Source of the DNA: Gemmatimonadales bacterium
Lineage (GTDB): Bacteria; Gemmatimonadota; Gemmatimonadetes; Gemmatimonadales; GWC2-71-9
Length of the DNA stretch: 64,000 bases
Direction: 5' to 3'
Assembly (NCBI GenBank): GCA_036006525.1
Contig: DASYPP010000047.1
Location: forward strand, 8,077 to 72,076
The translations under genes were made by a program, and so were the position numbers. The notes under the pieces were generated by a model, which did not search any database, was not told where the DNA came from, and saw nothing but the letters and a program-made list of their open reading frames with translations. Below, one piece after another: positions 50,338 through 59,790 of the stretch (the stretch's first letter is position 1; every line of letters begins with the position of its first letter).

Positions 50338-51444
50338 CTACTCCGGCTTTTTGACTTCGCTCGAATCCGGCCGGGCCACGCCGCGCTCCACCACCGTCGC
50401 GGTGACTGGCATACCATCCTGCAGCATGGCAAGGCCGCCCACCACAACCTGGTCCCCCGCGTCCAGTCCGCTTCTGATCTCTACAAACCCCGGCATGCGA
50501 ACGCCGAGCCCGACCTGGCTCCGCGAGGCTTTGCCGTCTCTCACCACCCATACGAAGTTGCCGCCCTGGATCGGGAGGATCGATTCCTCGGGCACCAGCA
50601 CCGCGTTAGCGCGCACATCGGTGGCCAGCCGGGCTTCGATGAACATGCCGGCCTGGAGCTGGCGCTGATTGTTGGGCACCAGTGCCTTGATCAGGATGGT
50701 TCGGGCCGGGAGCTGGACGATGGGATCTACGAAATCCACGACGCCAGTGAATTCCTTGTTACCCAGGGCCGCGACCCGGAACGTCACCCGTTGGCCGAGT
50801 TTCAGACGCTCGGCGTAGCGTTCGGGAACCTGGAAGACGGCGCGCTGAGGGTTCACCGTCTGCAAGGCAACGAGCCGGGAACTGGTGGTGACATAGTCAC
50901 CGAAACTCACGAACCGCTGGCCCACGACGCCGCTGAACGGCGCCCGCACCGTGGTGCGATCCAACCGGATCTTGAGCAGGTCCACCTGGGCGCGAGTGCT
51001 GCGCTCATTGGCCTCGGCCTGTTCCAGGTCGGCGGCCGATGAGGCGTTCTGACCCTGGAGATCGCGGGTCCGCTTCAGGGCCTGCGCGGCCAGGTCCCAG
51101 TCGGCCTGGGACCGCTCCAGCGTGGCCTTCAACTCCTGGTCGTCGATCTTGAACAGCGCCGCCCCTTTCCCGACCGCCTGCCCTTCCCGCACCGTAATGT
51201 CGACAATCCGGCCTTCAATGTCGGGGCGAAGCTCGATGGCCTGAATCGCCTCGACCTGGCCGGTGGCCGCGATGGCGTCCACCACGGTGTCCTTCCGGGC
51301 GACCGCCACTTCCACCGGCAGGGCGAATCCACCGGGCCCGGCGGCTGCCGCCTTTTTCTTGCAGCCGACCGACACCACTGCCAACGCAAGAACGCCAAGT
51401 CGCCAAGAGTTCAATAGACTCACTCGCAGGAATCGGTTGGTCAT
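50338..51444 (-). CDS. RND efflux periplasmic adaptor (MFP)
   Basis: Lipobox VSVGC and HlyD-like hairpin and barrel segments. Confidence 0.85.
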   Translation of the reverse strand: MTNRFLRVSLLNSWRLGVLALAVVSVGCKKKAAAAGPGGFALPVEVAVARKDTVVDAIAATGQVEAIQAIELRPDIEGRIVDITVREGQAVGKGAALFKIDDQELKATLERSQADWDLAAQALKRTRDLQGQNASSAADLEQAEANERSTRAQVDLLKIRLDRTTVRAPFSGVVGQRFVSFGDYVTTSSRLVALQTVNPQRAVFQVPERYAERLKLGQRVTFRVAALGNKEFTGVVDFVDPIVQLPARTILIKALVPNNQRQLQAGMFIEARLATDVRANAVLVPEESILPIQGGNFVWVVRDGKASRSQVGLGVRMPGFVEIRSGLDAGDQVVVGGLAMLQDGMPVTATVVERGVARPDSSEVKKPE

Positions 51445-51480
51445 CTTTGCGCCTTTGCGCCTTTGCGTTTGCGGTTGCTG
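51445..51480. repeat. Octamer tandem CTTTGCGC filling an intercistronic gap
   Basis: CTTTGCGC CTTTGCGC CTTTGCGT TTGCGGT TGCTG, between the TolC stop and the MFP start. Confidence 0.75.
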
Positions 51481-51485
51481 AAAAC

Positions 51486-52775
51486 TCATGGAAGCACTCG
51501 ATCTTCGAACAACCGGCGGCCTACGATTGCTTCGAGACCCGCCAACGCGAGCCGGACGGAGAAACGGGACTGCACCAGCACCGCTTCAGCCTCGGCGAGG
51601 GCTACCTGGCCGCTCAGCAGGTCCAGGATGGTAGAAGCCCCGGCCCGATAGCGGACCTCCTGGACCCGGTAGTTCTCCCGGGCCACCAGCACGCCGGTCT
51701 GCTGCAGGGCCACGGTGGCGCGTGCAGTGGTATACGCCTCGTACGCCTGGGTCACGTCGGCCAGCGCGGCCCGCTCGAGGTCGGTCCGAATCGCCTGCGC
51801 CACATTGCGGTCAACTCGCGCCTGGCTCACGGCGATTTCCCGCTGGCCATTGTTCCAGATCGGAATCGAGACACCGAAGTCGATGGCTGATACCGTGCGA
51901 GCGTTGGGAAAGAGCTGGGTGTCGAACCTGGTATGGGAACCGGTGACCGTGAAGGTCGGCAGGTAGTCGCTTTGCCGGCTTCGCAGGACGGCATTCGCGC
52001 TCCGCTCGGCCGCTCGCGCCACCCGGTACTGGGGACCCTGCTCCACGGCCAGGTCGACCGCGTCGCTCAACGTGATCGGCAACTCGGAAGCGGGGACGCT
52101 GTCCACCGGAGCCGCGCTCACCGGCCCGCTGATTCCGATCCGCCGCCCGAGCTGGAGCCGGGCAACCCGGAGCGCCGATTCCTGGCGCAGCTGCTCCACC
52201 TGGGAGCGGGTCAACTCCAGAAACAGCTCGAGCGAGTCGCTCTGGACAGCGGCGCCTGACAACACCCGGGCCCGCGCGACCTGGAAGGCCTCACTGGCCC
52301 GCCGTACCCGATCGCCGGAGAGCTTGGCGAGCTCCTCGTTGGCCAGCACGTCGTAAAAGTCGGCTTCGGTGAGCAGCGCGGCGGTGAAGCGGGCCTCCAT
52401 GCTGCCGGCTTCCGCTTCGTCGAGCGCGGCCCGGCTCCTGGATAGCTCAGCGAACTTTCGGACGCTGAAGATTTCGTAGCGCGCCGTGGCCTGAAAGTTG
52501 GTCGAGGTGGACTGCAATCCGCCGGTGCCGATGTTGAAGAACGGCACCGAGTACTTGGTATAATCGAGCGATATCGTGAGCGAGGGCAGGATGAAGGCGC
52601 CGAGCGCGGCGCGACGCCCCCACTCGGCGGTGCCCACCCGGCCCAGGGCCGACACGTAGTTGGGGTCCAGCTGACTGGCGCGAGCAAGCGCCTCGTTCAG
52701 GGTCACCCGGGGCACGGTGTCCTGGGAGGGCGCGCTCGGCGCGGCGACCTGGAGTACCAGCAGTAGTGCAAACAT
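51486..52775 (-). CDS. TolC-family outer membrane efflux protein
   Basis: Two OEP-like repeats. The start overlaps the RND pump stop by 1 nt (TGATG). Confidence 0.8.
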   Translation of the reverse strand: MFALLLVLQVAAPSAPSQDTVPRVTLNEALARASQLDPNYVSALGRVGTAEWGRRAALGAFILPSLTISLDYTKYSVPFFNIGTGGLQSTSTNFQATARYEIFSVRKFAELSRSRAALDEAEAGSMEARFTAALLTEADFYDVLANEELAKLSGDRVRRASEAFQVARARVLSGAAVQSDSLELFLELTRSQVEQLRQESALRVARLQLGRRIGISGPVSAAPVDSVPASELPITLSDAVDLAVEQGPQYRVARAAERSANAVLRSRQSDYLPTFTVTGSHTRFDTQLFPNARTVSAIDFGVSIPIWNNGQREIAVSQARVDRNVAQAIRTDLERAALADVTQAYEAYTTARATVALQQTGVLVARENYRVQEVRYRAGASTILDLLSGQVALAEAEAVLVQSRFSVRLALAGLEAIVGRRLFEDRVLP

Positions 52776-55700
52776 CAGTGCGCCTCCGCGCCGACCGGCA
52801 AGCGCTCTTCGGCCTTCGCCTCGCGCGGCTTGCGCCGGGCCAGCCGGTCGAGGAGAACATATCCCACCGGGACCAGGAACAGCGTTAGAACGGTGGACAG
52901 GAACACGCCACCGACAATGCCGTACCCCAGGGGCCGGCGACTCATGGAACCGGCGCCCAGTCCCAGCGCAATGGGGAGCGCGCCCATGATGGTGGCGAAC
53001 GATGTCATGAGAATGGGGCGGAGCCGGATCCGTCCCGCTTCCAGCATCGCCTCGACCAGTCCCAGGCCCCGGTCCTGCAGCTGGTTGGCGTACTCCACCA
53101 GCAGAATCGAGTTCTTGGTCACGATGCCGATCAGGAGAATGAACCCGATCTCGCTGTACAGGTTGAGGGTGGACCCGGCCAGCTTGAGGGTCACCAGCGC
53201 GCCCGTGACAGCGAGCGGCACGGCGAGCAGCACGGTGAAGGGGTGGACCAGGGACTCGAACTGCGACGCCAGGACCATGAAGACGACGACGAGCGCCAGG
53301 ATGAAGGCAATGATGAGTGAGTTCCCGCTCTCGACCTGTTCCCGGGCTTCGCCCTGGAGGGCGGTCGAGCTGCCCTGCGGCAGTACCTGGGTGGCCGCCG
53401 CTCGCATCGAGTCGATGGCTTCACCCAGGCTGAAGCCGGGGGCGAGGCCCGCGGAGATGGTGAAGGACCGCACCCGGTCGAAGTGATTGAGTTGCTGCGG
53501 TCCGACTCCTTCGCTCACGTGGGCGACGGCGTCCATCTGCACCAGCTCACCGTCGCGTCCCTTGAGATACAAGCCGCTCATGTCCGAGGGTGTGGACCGT
53601 TCCTCGGGGCGCAGCTGCACCATGACCTTGTACAACTTGTTGGCGCGGGTGAAGGTGCTGACCTCACGGCCGCCCAGCATGGTCTGCAGGGTCGACGCGA
53701 TATCCCGCACCGGAACCCCCAGGTCCTCCGCCCGGTCCCGGTCAAAAGTGACAGTCAACTCCGGCTTGTTCACCTTCGGGTTCAGCTGGAGGTTCACCAG
53801 CCCATGGATTCCCTGGGCCCGCTGCATCAGCGCCTGGACTCCAGCGGTCAGCTTGTCGTAATCCGGGTTCTGGACCACGAACTCGAGTTGCGATCCAAAA
53901 CCGTTCCCGATGGCGGGGGGATTGTTGGCGAAGGCCATCACGCCCGGCACGCCGAAGAACTGGGGCTGCACCTCGTTGATGACGTCCTGCACCTTGCGTT
54001 TTCGCTTGCTCCAGTCGGAGAGCCGCACGAACGCAATGCCCTGGCTCACCGGGCCGAAGCCGCCCACCAGCTCGAAGTAGCCCTCCACGTCCTTGGTGTG
54101 GGCCAGGATGGCTTCAAGGCGCTTCATGTAACTGTCGGTGTAAGCGACCGTGGAACCTTCGGGCGCGATGGCCACCACGATGAAGAACCCGCGATCTTCC
54201 GCCGGGATGAATTCGTGCTTCAGGCTGCGGAAAGTGACAACCGCGATGGCGATCATCGCTCCAGCGCCGAGCAGCACCACCAGGCGATGACGCAGGGCCC
54301 AGCCGAGGCTCCTGGCGTACCCGTTGGAAATGGCCTCGAATCCCCGCTCAAACGCCCTGAAGATGGGCCCGTGCTGTTTGGGCACCCTCAGGATCTTCGC
54401 ACTCAGCATTGGAGTGAGCGTCAGGGCAACGAGTCCTGAGATGATGACCGACCCGGCCAGCGCAATGCCGAATTCGTTGAAGAGCCGGCCGGTAGAACCC
54501 TTGAGAAAGGCCAGGGGAGTGAACACCGCCACCAGGCAAATCGTGGTGGCCAGCACCGCAAAGGCGATTTCGCGGGTCCCGTTGATCGCCGCGGTCGTGG
54601 GGTCCTCCCCCAGCTCCTCCTGGTGCCGGTAGGCGTTTTCCAGCACGATGATCGCGTCATCCACCACGATGCCGATGGCGAGGGTCAGCGCGAGCAGCGT
54701 GAAGTTGTTGATGGAGAATCCCAGGGCGTACATGATCGCGAAGGTCGCGACCACGGAAGCCGGGATGGCCAGGCCGGGAATGATCGTGGCCCGAAGGTTC
54801 CTGAGGAAGACAAAGATGATGATCACGACCAGGATGCCGGCAATGATCAGGGTATTGATGGCCTCCTTGATCGAGTGGCGCACGAAGACCGACTGGTCGT
54901 ATGCCACGTCCAGCTTCACCCCGGGAGGCAACAACTGCTGAATGGCCGGCAGGGCCTGGTAGATCTGGTCGGCCACCTGGATGATGTTGGCCTTGGACTG
55001 GCGCACAACGCCGATGGCGACCGCGGGCCGGCTGTTATATCGGAGGGTGGTGCGGATATCCTCGGCGCCGAGCTCCACGTTGCCCAGGTCCCGGAGGCGA
55101 ACCATTTGACCGTGCTGGTTATCTACCACGAGCTGGGAGAACTCGTCGGGGGTCTTGAGCTCACCCAGGGACCGGACCGAGAACTCGCGCTGCAGGGATT
55201 CGATCCGACCCGAGGGGATCTCCACGCTCCGGCTCTGGATGGCGTTCTCGACGTCCTGCACCGTCAGGCCCCTTGCCGCAAGCTGAGACGCTTCCAGCCA
55301 GACCCGCATCGAGTAGCGCCGCTCGCCGAAGATCAGGGCCTGCCCCACTCCGGAGAGCGATTGGAGCCGGCTCTTCACCGTCCGGTCGCCGATGTCCGAC
55401 AGTTGCAGCAGGTCGTAGTTGTCGCCGGAGAGCGCCAGCCAGAAGAAGGGCTGCGCGTCGGCCTCCTGCTTGCTCACCACCGGTTCGAGCACTTCGCGTG
55501 GCAACCGGCCCCGGACCCGGGAGACCTTGTCCCGCACATCCTGGGCGGCCGATTCGACGTCCCGGTCCAGGTTGAATTCCAGGGTGATGTTGCTGACCTG
55601 CTCGGCGCTGGAGCTGGTCAGGGTCCGGAGACCCTGGACCGTGCTCAGCTCTTCCTCCAGGATATCGGTGACCGCCGACTCCACCACCTGGGGATTGGCC

Positions 55701-55858
55701 CCCGGGAGCACGGTACTGACCGATACGATGGGAGGATCGATGTCCGGGAATTCCCGGACGGAAAGCTGCAGGTACCCCAGCACTCCGAACAGCACCAGGG
55801 CGACGCTCATCATGCTGGCGAAGACCGGCCGGGCAATAGCGGTATCTGAGATTTTCAT
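52775..55858 (-). CDS. RND (AcrB/AcrD/AcrF family) efflux permease
   Basis: 1027 aa with 12-TM topology and typical [25 protein letters not shown] motifs. Confidence 0.9.
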   Translation of the reverse strand: MKISDTAIARPVFASMMSVALVLFGVLGYLQLSVREFPDIDPPIVSVSTVLPGANPQVVESAVTDILEEELSTVQGLRTLTSSSAEQVSNITLEFNLDRDVESAAQDVRDKVSRVRGRLPREVLEPVVSKQEADAQPFFWLALSGDNYDLLQLSDIGDRTVKSRLQSLSGVGQALIFGERRYSMRVWLEASQLAARGLTVQDVENAIQSRSVEIPSGRIESLQREFSVRSLGELKTPDEFSQLVVDNQHGQMVRLRDLGNVELGAEDIRTTLRYNSRPAVAIGVVRQSKANIIQVADQIYQALPAIQQLLPPGVKLDVAYDQSVFVRHSIKEAINTLIIAGILVVIIIFVFLRNLRATIIPGLAIPASVVATFAIMYALGFSINNFTLLALTLAIGIVVDDAIIVLENAYRHQEELGEDPTTAAINGTREIAFAVLATTICLVAVFTPLAFLKGSTGRLFNEFGIALAGSVIISGLVALTLTPMLSAKILRVPKQHGPIFRAFERGFEAISNGYARSLGWALRHRLVVLLGAGAMIAIAVVTFRSLKHEFIPAEDRGFFIVVAIAPEGSTVAYTDSYMKRLEAILAHTKDVEGYFELVGGFGPVSQGIAFVRLSDWSKRKRKVQDVINEVQPQFFGVPGVMAFANNPPAIGNGFGSQLEFVVQNPDYDKLTAGVQALMQRAQGIHGLVNLQLNPKVNKPELTVTFDRDRAEDLGVPVRDIASTLQTMLGGREVSTFTRANKLYKVMVQLRPEERSTPSDMSGLYLKGRDGELVQMDAVAHVSEGVGPQQLNHFDRVRSFTISAGLAPGFSLGEAIDSMRAAATQVLPQGSSTALQGEAREQVESGNSLIIAFILALVVVFMVLASQFESLVHPFTVLLAVPLAVTGALVTLKLAGSTLNLYSEIGFILLIGIVTKNSILLVEYANQLQDRGLGLVEAMLEAGRIRLRPILMTSFATIMGALPIALGLGAGSMSRRPLGYGIVGGVFLSTVLTLFLVPVGYVLLDRLARRKPREAKAEERLPVGAEAH

Positions 55859-55960
55859 AATGGAACCAGCCTACGGGAACGGGGCCCGAAAGGTTTATCG
55901 GAAGGGGAAAGAATCTAACATGCTATAGTCGTCCGGGGTGCCCGGTATTAGACTCCGAGC

Positions 55961-56317
55961 ATGAGTCTCAAGCTCTCCTCCCGGCAGCAGGCGCAGCTGG
56001 GCTTTCTGGACACGGCCTTTTCCAAGGTCCAGCGGGTACAAAGCCTGATCGAGAAAATGGCCACGCCGTCCGAGGCGGAGACGGCGACGAGGAGTCTGGC
56101 GCGCTTCGTCGACGAGATCAAGTCGGGTGCGTCGGGTATGGGCCTGTCCCGGGTAGCGGAATCGGCGGCCAATATCGGCAGCATCGCCCGGCGATCGGGA
56201 GCCATACCCGAGAAATTGCGGAGTTTGCGGGAAGGATTGGCGGGCTTGAAAAACAACTGGGAAGGGGCACGAAAGGCAGCCAGCACGCCGGAAAAAGAAT
56301 CCAGCGAGGTGGAGTAG
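55961..56317 (+). CDS. Hypothetical protein
   Basis: 118-aa helical ORF with no motif. Confidence 0.45.
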   Translation: MSLKLSSRQQAQLGFLDTAFSKVQRVQSLIEKMATPSEAETATRSLARFVDEIKSGASGMGLSRVAESAANIGSIARRSGAIPEKLRSLREGLAGLKNNWEGARKAASTPEKESSEVE

Positions 56318-56327
56318 CCGTAGAGGC

Positions 56328-56564
56328 TCAGGCTGCTCCGGCCCGGGCCTTCCGCTTTTCGATCATCTTGTCGATGATGGGACCCGAGAGCAGCACGATC
56401 ATCCCGTTGACCAAACCGCCGATCAAGAGCGAGACATACGTCAGCGCCCCCAGGATCAGGGTCGCGCCGATTCCGGCGAAAAGCAGGTAGAGCAGGTGAA
56501 TCACGATCAGGCTCCGGTTGGCGGAGGACAGCGGTAGATTAGTGTCTCCGGGCAAGTTCCACAA
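56328..56564 (-). CDS. Small membrane protein
   Basis: Two predicted TM helices (LIVIHLLYLLFAGIGATLILGAL, VSLLIGGLVNGMIVLLSGPII). Confidence 0.4.
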   Translation of the reverse strand: MWNLPGDTNLPLSSANRSLIVIHLLYLLFAGIGATLILGALTYVSLLIGGLVNGMIVLLSGPIIDKMIEKRKARAGAA

Positions 56565-56573
56565 GATCGATCT

Positions 56574-56601
56574 TCAATCCTCAATCCTTCATCTATTATC
56601 G
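56574..56601. repeat. Heptamer tandem TCAATCC in a 5' UTR
   Basis: TCAATCC TCAATCC TTCATCT ATTATCG, ending 8 nt before ATG 56610. Confidence 0.65.
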
Positions 56602-56609
56602 AGGGTACC

Positions 56610-57254
56610 ATGCGTTTGCACCTGCCTTTGATCCTCCTCACGCTGGCTGCCGGACCGGCCCTGGCCCAGCAACACGACGACGACCACGCGGTGGCCGGGA
56701 GCGGCGTCCTTCCTGCGGGCTGGATGGCCCGTACCGACGGTGGCCGGCCCATGACCGCCCTCAAGTTCGACGTCATGACCCCCGGCTGGCACCTCACGAC
56801 GGGACCCGCGGTCATTCTCTATCGCGACGCGGACAAGGTCGACGGCCTGGTGCATGCCATCACCACGATCAACGTGTTCCCCGCGTCGGGTCACGCCGAA
56901 GGCTTCGGCCTCTTCCTGGGCGGCCAGAATCTCCAGGCTGACAACCAGAGCTACACCTATTTCCTGATCCGGGGCGACGGCATGTACCTGGTGAAGCGGC
57001 GCACCGGAGCCACGACCTCAACCGTGGTGGACTGGACCGCGTCCGACGCCATCAAGAAGGCGAGCGCCGACGGTCCGGTAGCCAACGAGATCAGCCTCCA
57101 GACCAGCCCCGATTCCGTCGCCTTCATGGTGAACGGGACAACGGTTGCCACCCTGCCATCCAGCCAGCTGGACACCAAGGGAATTGTGGGTCTCCGGGTG
57201 AATCACAACCTGAACCTGCACGTGTCGTCGCTGGGAGTGCATCCCTTGCACTAG
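56610..57254 (+). CDS. Secreted hypothetical protein (LamG/DUF1080-like jelly roll?)
   Basis: Signal peptide LILLTLAAGPALAQ. Beta-rich sequence. The family call is tentative. Confidence 0.55.
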   Translation: MRLHLPLILLTLAAGPALAQQHDDDHAVAGSGVLPAGWMARTDGGRPMTALKFDVMTPGWHLTTGPAVILYRDADKVDGLVHAITTINVFPASGHAEGFGLFLGGQNLQADNQSYTYFLIRGDGMYLVKRRTGATTSTVVDWTASDAIKKASADGPVANEISLQTSPDSVAFMVNGTTVATLPSSQLDTKGIVGLRVNHNLNLHVSSLGVHPLH

Positions 57255-57368
57255 GCGGTCGGGGCGGACGAGACGGTCAGGGCGGACAACAAAGGCTGGC
57301 ATTCAAAGTGGATGTCAGCCTTTTTCTTGACCGCCTCGACCGCCTTTGACCGTCTTGTCCGCCTCGAC
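57254..57368. repeat. Oligomer-tandem palindrome (GGTCRGGGCGGAC units)
   Basis: Left arm GGCGGTCGGGGCGGACGAGACGGTCAGGGCGGACAAC. The right arm GACCGCCTCGACCGCCTTTGACCGTCTTGTCCGCCTCGAC lies inside the 3' end of the HEAT gene. Confidence 0.75.
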
Positions 57369-58820
57369 TTGGGAGGACAGCCCTTCTTGCGCCGCGGTGC
57401 CCACCGCCCCGTCCGCCTCGCGGGCCACGCGCTCCAGGCCGCGGATGGCATTGGGGTGCCCCGCGGCCACCAGGGATTCGACTGCGATAAGGCGTTGCGC
57501 CGTCGGGCGGCCCCCGCTCTTGAGCAGGGCTTTCCGGTCGAGCGCCATCGCGACCAGCGCCCCGGCCGCTTCGGCCGAATCAATCCGGCCCAGGGCGAGC
57601 ACCAGCTCCCGCCAGGTTGCCGCATCCTTCTCCGACTCCAGCGCCACCAGGAGCGGCATCGCCAGTCCGTTGGAGTTCCGGTCGGCGATGGCGTGCGCCG
57701 CGCTTGCGCGGACCCCGGGAGATTGGTCACTGAGCGCCTTCCGGAGCGGCTCGATCACGCCGTGTTCACGGAATCGGGCCAGCGCCTGGACCACGGACTG
57801 ACGGACCCTGGGATCGGGATGCTCGGCGAGCCGGCGCAGCGGCCGGATCGCATCGACTACTCCAATCCTGCCGAGCAGGTCCACCCCGTGACAAATGGTA
57901 TGGACGTTGGAACTTTCCAGCAGCGGCAGCAGGAGGAAGTACGCTTCCGGCTTCTGGGCAAGAAAGTCATATAGAAACCGCCGGGGACCGACCGCCTCGG
58001 CGCTCGCCACGTGCTCGATCGCCAGTTCGATGGCGTCGGGCCCGCCTTCCCGCAGCACCTCCAGCACCCGGCGCTGTTCTTCGTTGGCCTTGAGTGCATA
58101 GACAATCAGCTCGCTCAATACCTTCCGGTTGAAGAGCCGGCGCAGACTGAGCTGATAGCCCCGTCGTTCGTGCTCGGGGAAGCGAAACGCGAGAGATACC
58201 AGGGCCTGGGCGGCGTGCAACGCTTCGGCCCAGTAGGACTGCGCGGCTGCGGCCTGGAAGGCGCGAGCCAGGTTCTGGGATTCGTCCACCGGGCCGGTGA
58301 CCGTGCGGGTGCGTCCGGAGGGAGTTTCGGTGCCGGCATTAGATGAGTCCAGAACGGAAAAGAACCCCTGCGGAGCCGACGGGTACCGGGGACCGGTGGG
58401 TGCCGACTCCGGCAACAACTCGATAACGATATCCGGCGAGCCGATCAGCGGCGCCTGGTCCTGGGCCAGGGCGCGGGCGACGAACAGCACGTCGCTGGGC
58501 GAGGCTCCGGCTTCAAAGTGAATGACTTCGACCCGGCGGGAAAGCAGTCGGCCCTTCAGGGTAGTGTCGTCGGGCAGATCGGAGGACTCGAACCCGGTCT
58601 CCAGGCGCAGGGTACCGGTTCGGAGGACGGTCATCGCCTGGCGCAGCGCTTCCTTCTGGGCGGGGACATTGGCCGGTTCCAGCCGCAGCAGCAGCACCAA
58701 CCGGCCGAACGGATCGGCAAACTGAGCCACGCGGCCGGGGTTGAAGGGAAGTGTCAAGCAACCGGCCTGGGTAAGGGTTGATGGCTGGCCCATCTGGCGC
58801 TTCTGCACCAGAGTGCACAT
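57315..58820 (-). CDS. HEAT-repeat protein
   Basis: DPRVRQSVVQALARF, SPGVRASAAHAIADR and other HEAT units in the C-terminal half. The last 17 codons lie in a repeat arm. Confidence 0.65.
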   Translation of the reverse strand: MCTLVQKRQMGQPSTLTQAGCLTLPFNPGRVAQFADPFGRLVLLLRLEPANVPAQKEALRQAMTVLRTGTLRLETGFESSDLPDDTTLKGRLLSRRVEVIHFEAGASPSDVLFVARALAQDQAPLIGSPDIVIELLPESAPTGPRYPSAPQGFFSVLDSSNAGTETPSGRTRTVTGPVDESQNLARAFQAAAAQSYWAEALHAAQALVSLAFRFPEHERRGYQLSLRRLFNRKVLSELIVYALKANEEQRRVLEVLREGGPDAIELAIEHVASAEAVGPRRFLYDFLAQKPEAYFLLLPLLESSNVHTICHGVDLLGRIGVVDAIRPLRRLAEHPDPRVRQSVVQALARFREHGVIEPLRKALSDQSPGVRASAAHAIADRNSNGLAMPLLVALESEKDAATWRELVLALGRIDSAEAAGALVAMALDRKALLKSGGRPTAQRLIAVESLVAAGHPNAIRGLERVAREADGAVGTAAQEGLSSQVEADKTVKGGRGGQEKG

Positions 58821-58865
58821 AGTGTACCATCCGGACCCCCACCAATCCTACATCCTGGAGAGGCC

Positions 58866-59717
58866 ATGCGTCGCTTCCTGGCGTTCGTCACAGTGCCCGT
58901 GCTCACCCTCGCCCTGGTCACAGTCCGCCCCGCCTCCGCGCAGGTCAGCTACGGCGCGGACCTCGGTGTCTATAGTGCTTATATATGGCGCGGCCTGAGC
59001 CTCACCAACCGGCCGGTAATCCAACCGGACCTCTGGCTGTCCGTTCCGGTTGGCGGCAACGCAAGCATCACCGTCGGCGGATGGTCCAGTATCGACATCG
59101 GCAAGTATGACGACCCGAACGACGACATCAGCGAAGGCGGCGGCCATGCCGGGCCCGACCTGACCGAGTTCGACTGGTACGGCGAATTCGGCACCTCGTT
59201 CGGCAGCGCGTCGCTTACCCTCGGCGTTACCGGGTATGTCTATCCCAACGATTTTGGACTCACCAGTACCAGCAACACGATTGAAATTTATGGCCAGATC
59301 GGTCTGTCCAACGTACTCTCGCCCAGCCTCTCGGCCTATTACGACGTCGACAAGATCAAGGGACTGTACCTGGAAGGCTCGATCAGTCACGATCTCGCGA
59401 TCTCGCCGTCGTTCACTCTGACGCTGGGCGCCCTCGCCGGACTGAGCGCGGGACAAGGCTGCGAACCGGACAGCACCGACAACTGCACGGTGGTCAGCAA
59501 CTTCTTCGACAACGGCCTGACTCACATCGACCTCTCCGCAGCTACCTCGTTCACCGCGGGGAGCTTTTCGATTTCGCCGGTGTTCCACTTCCAGATCAGC
59601 CAGGACGAGTTCACCAAGTTCAACTCGCCGACCAAGTTTGATAAGGGATCAAAGATCTGGTTCGGGGTGTCGTTCGGCTGGGCGGGTGGCGGAGGCGACG
59701 AGGCAACCGCGGAATAG
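58866..59717 (+). CDS. TorF-family (Gcw_chp) outer-membrane porin-like protein
   Basis: Signal peptide, then SAYIWRGLSLTNRPVIQPDLWLSV..GGWSS pattern. Confidence 0.65.
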   Translation: MRRFLAFVTVPVLTLALVTVRPASAQVSYGADLGVYSAYIWRGLSLTNRPVIQPDLWLSVPVGGNASITVGGWSSIDIGKYDDPNDDISEGGGHAGPDLTEFDWYGEFGTSFGSASLTLGVTGYVYPNDFGLTSTSNTIEIYGQIGLSNVLSPSLSAYYDVDKIKGLYLEGSISHDLAISPSFTLTLGALAGLSAGQGCEPDSTDNCTVVSNFFDNGLTHIDLSAATSFTAGSFSISPVFHFQISQDEFTKFNSPTKFDKGSKIWFGVSFGWAGGGGDEATAE

Positions 59718-59790
59718 ATTGAGGAGATTGAGGGGATTGAATGGATTGGTCCAGTCCCCTCAATCCCTTCAATCCCTTCAATCTCAAATC
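59716..59790. repeat. Oligomer-tandem palindrome (GATTGAGG / CTCAATCC units)
   Basis: Left arm AGATTGAGG AGATTGAGG GGATTGAA TGGATTGG. Right arm CCCCTCAATCC CTTCAATCC CTTCAATCT. Both arms overlap a stop codon. Confidence 0.85.

Noticed and set aside
49836-50447. N-terminal 204 residues of the 853-aa ORF 47886..50447.
   Set aside because: This part overlaps the CBS gene in another frame and is Arg/Pro/Gly/His-rich. The fusion arises only because no stop interrupts the frame across the palindrome at 49768-49868.
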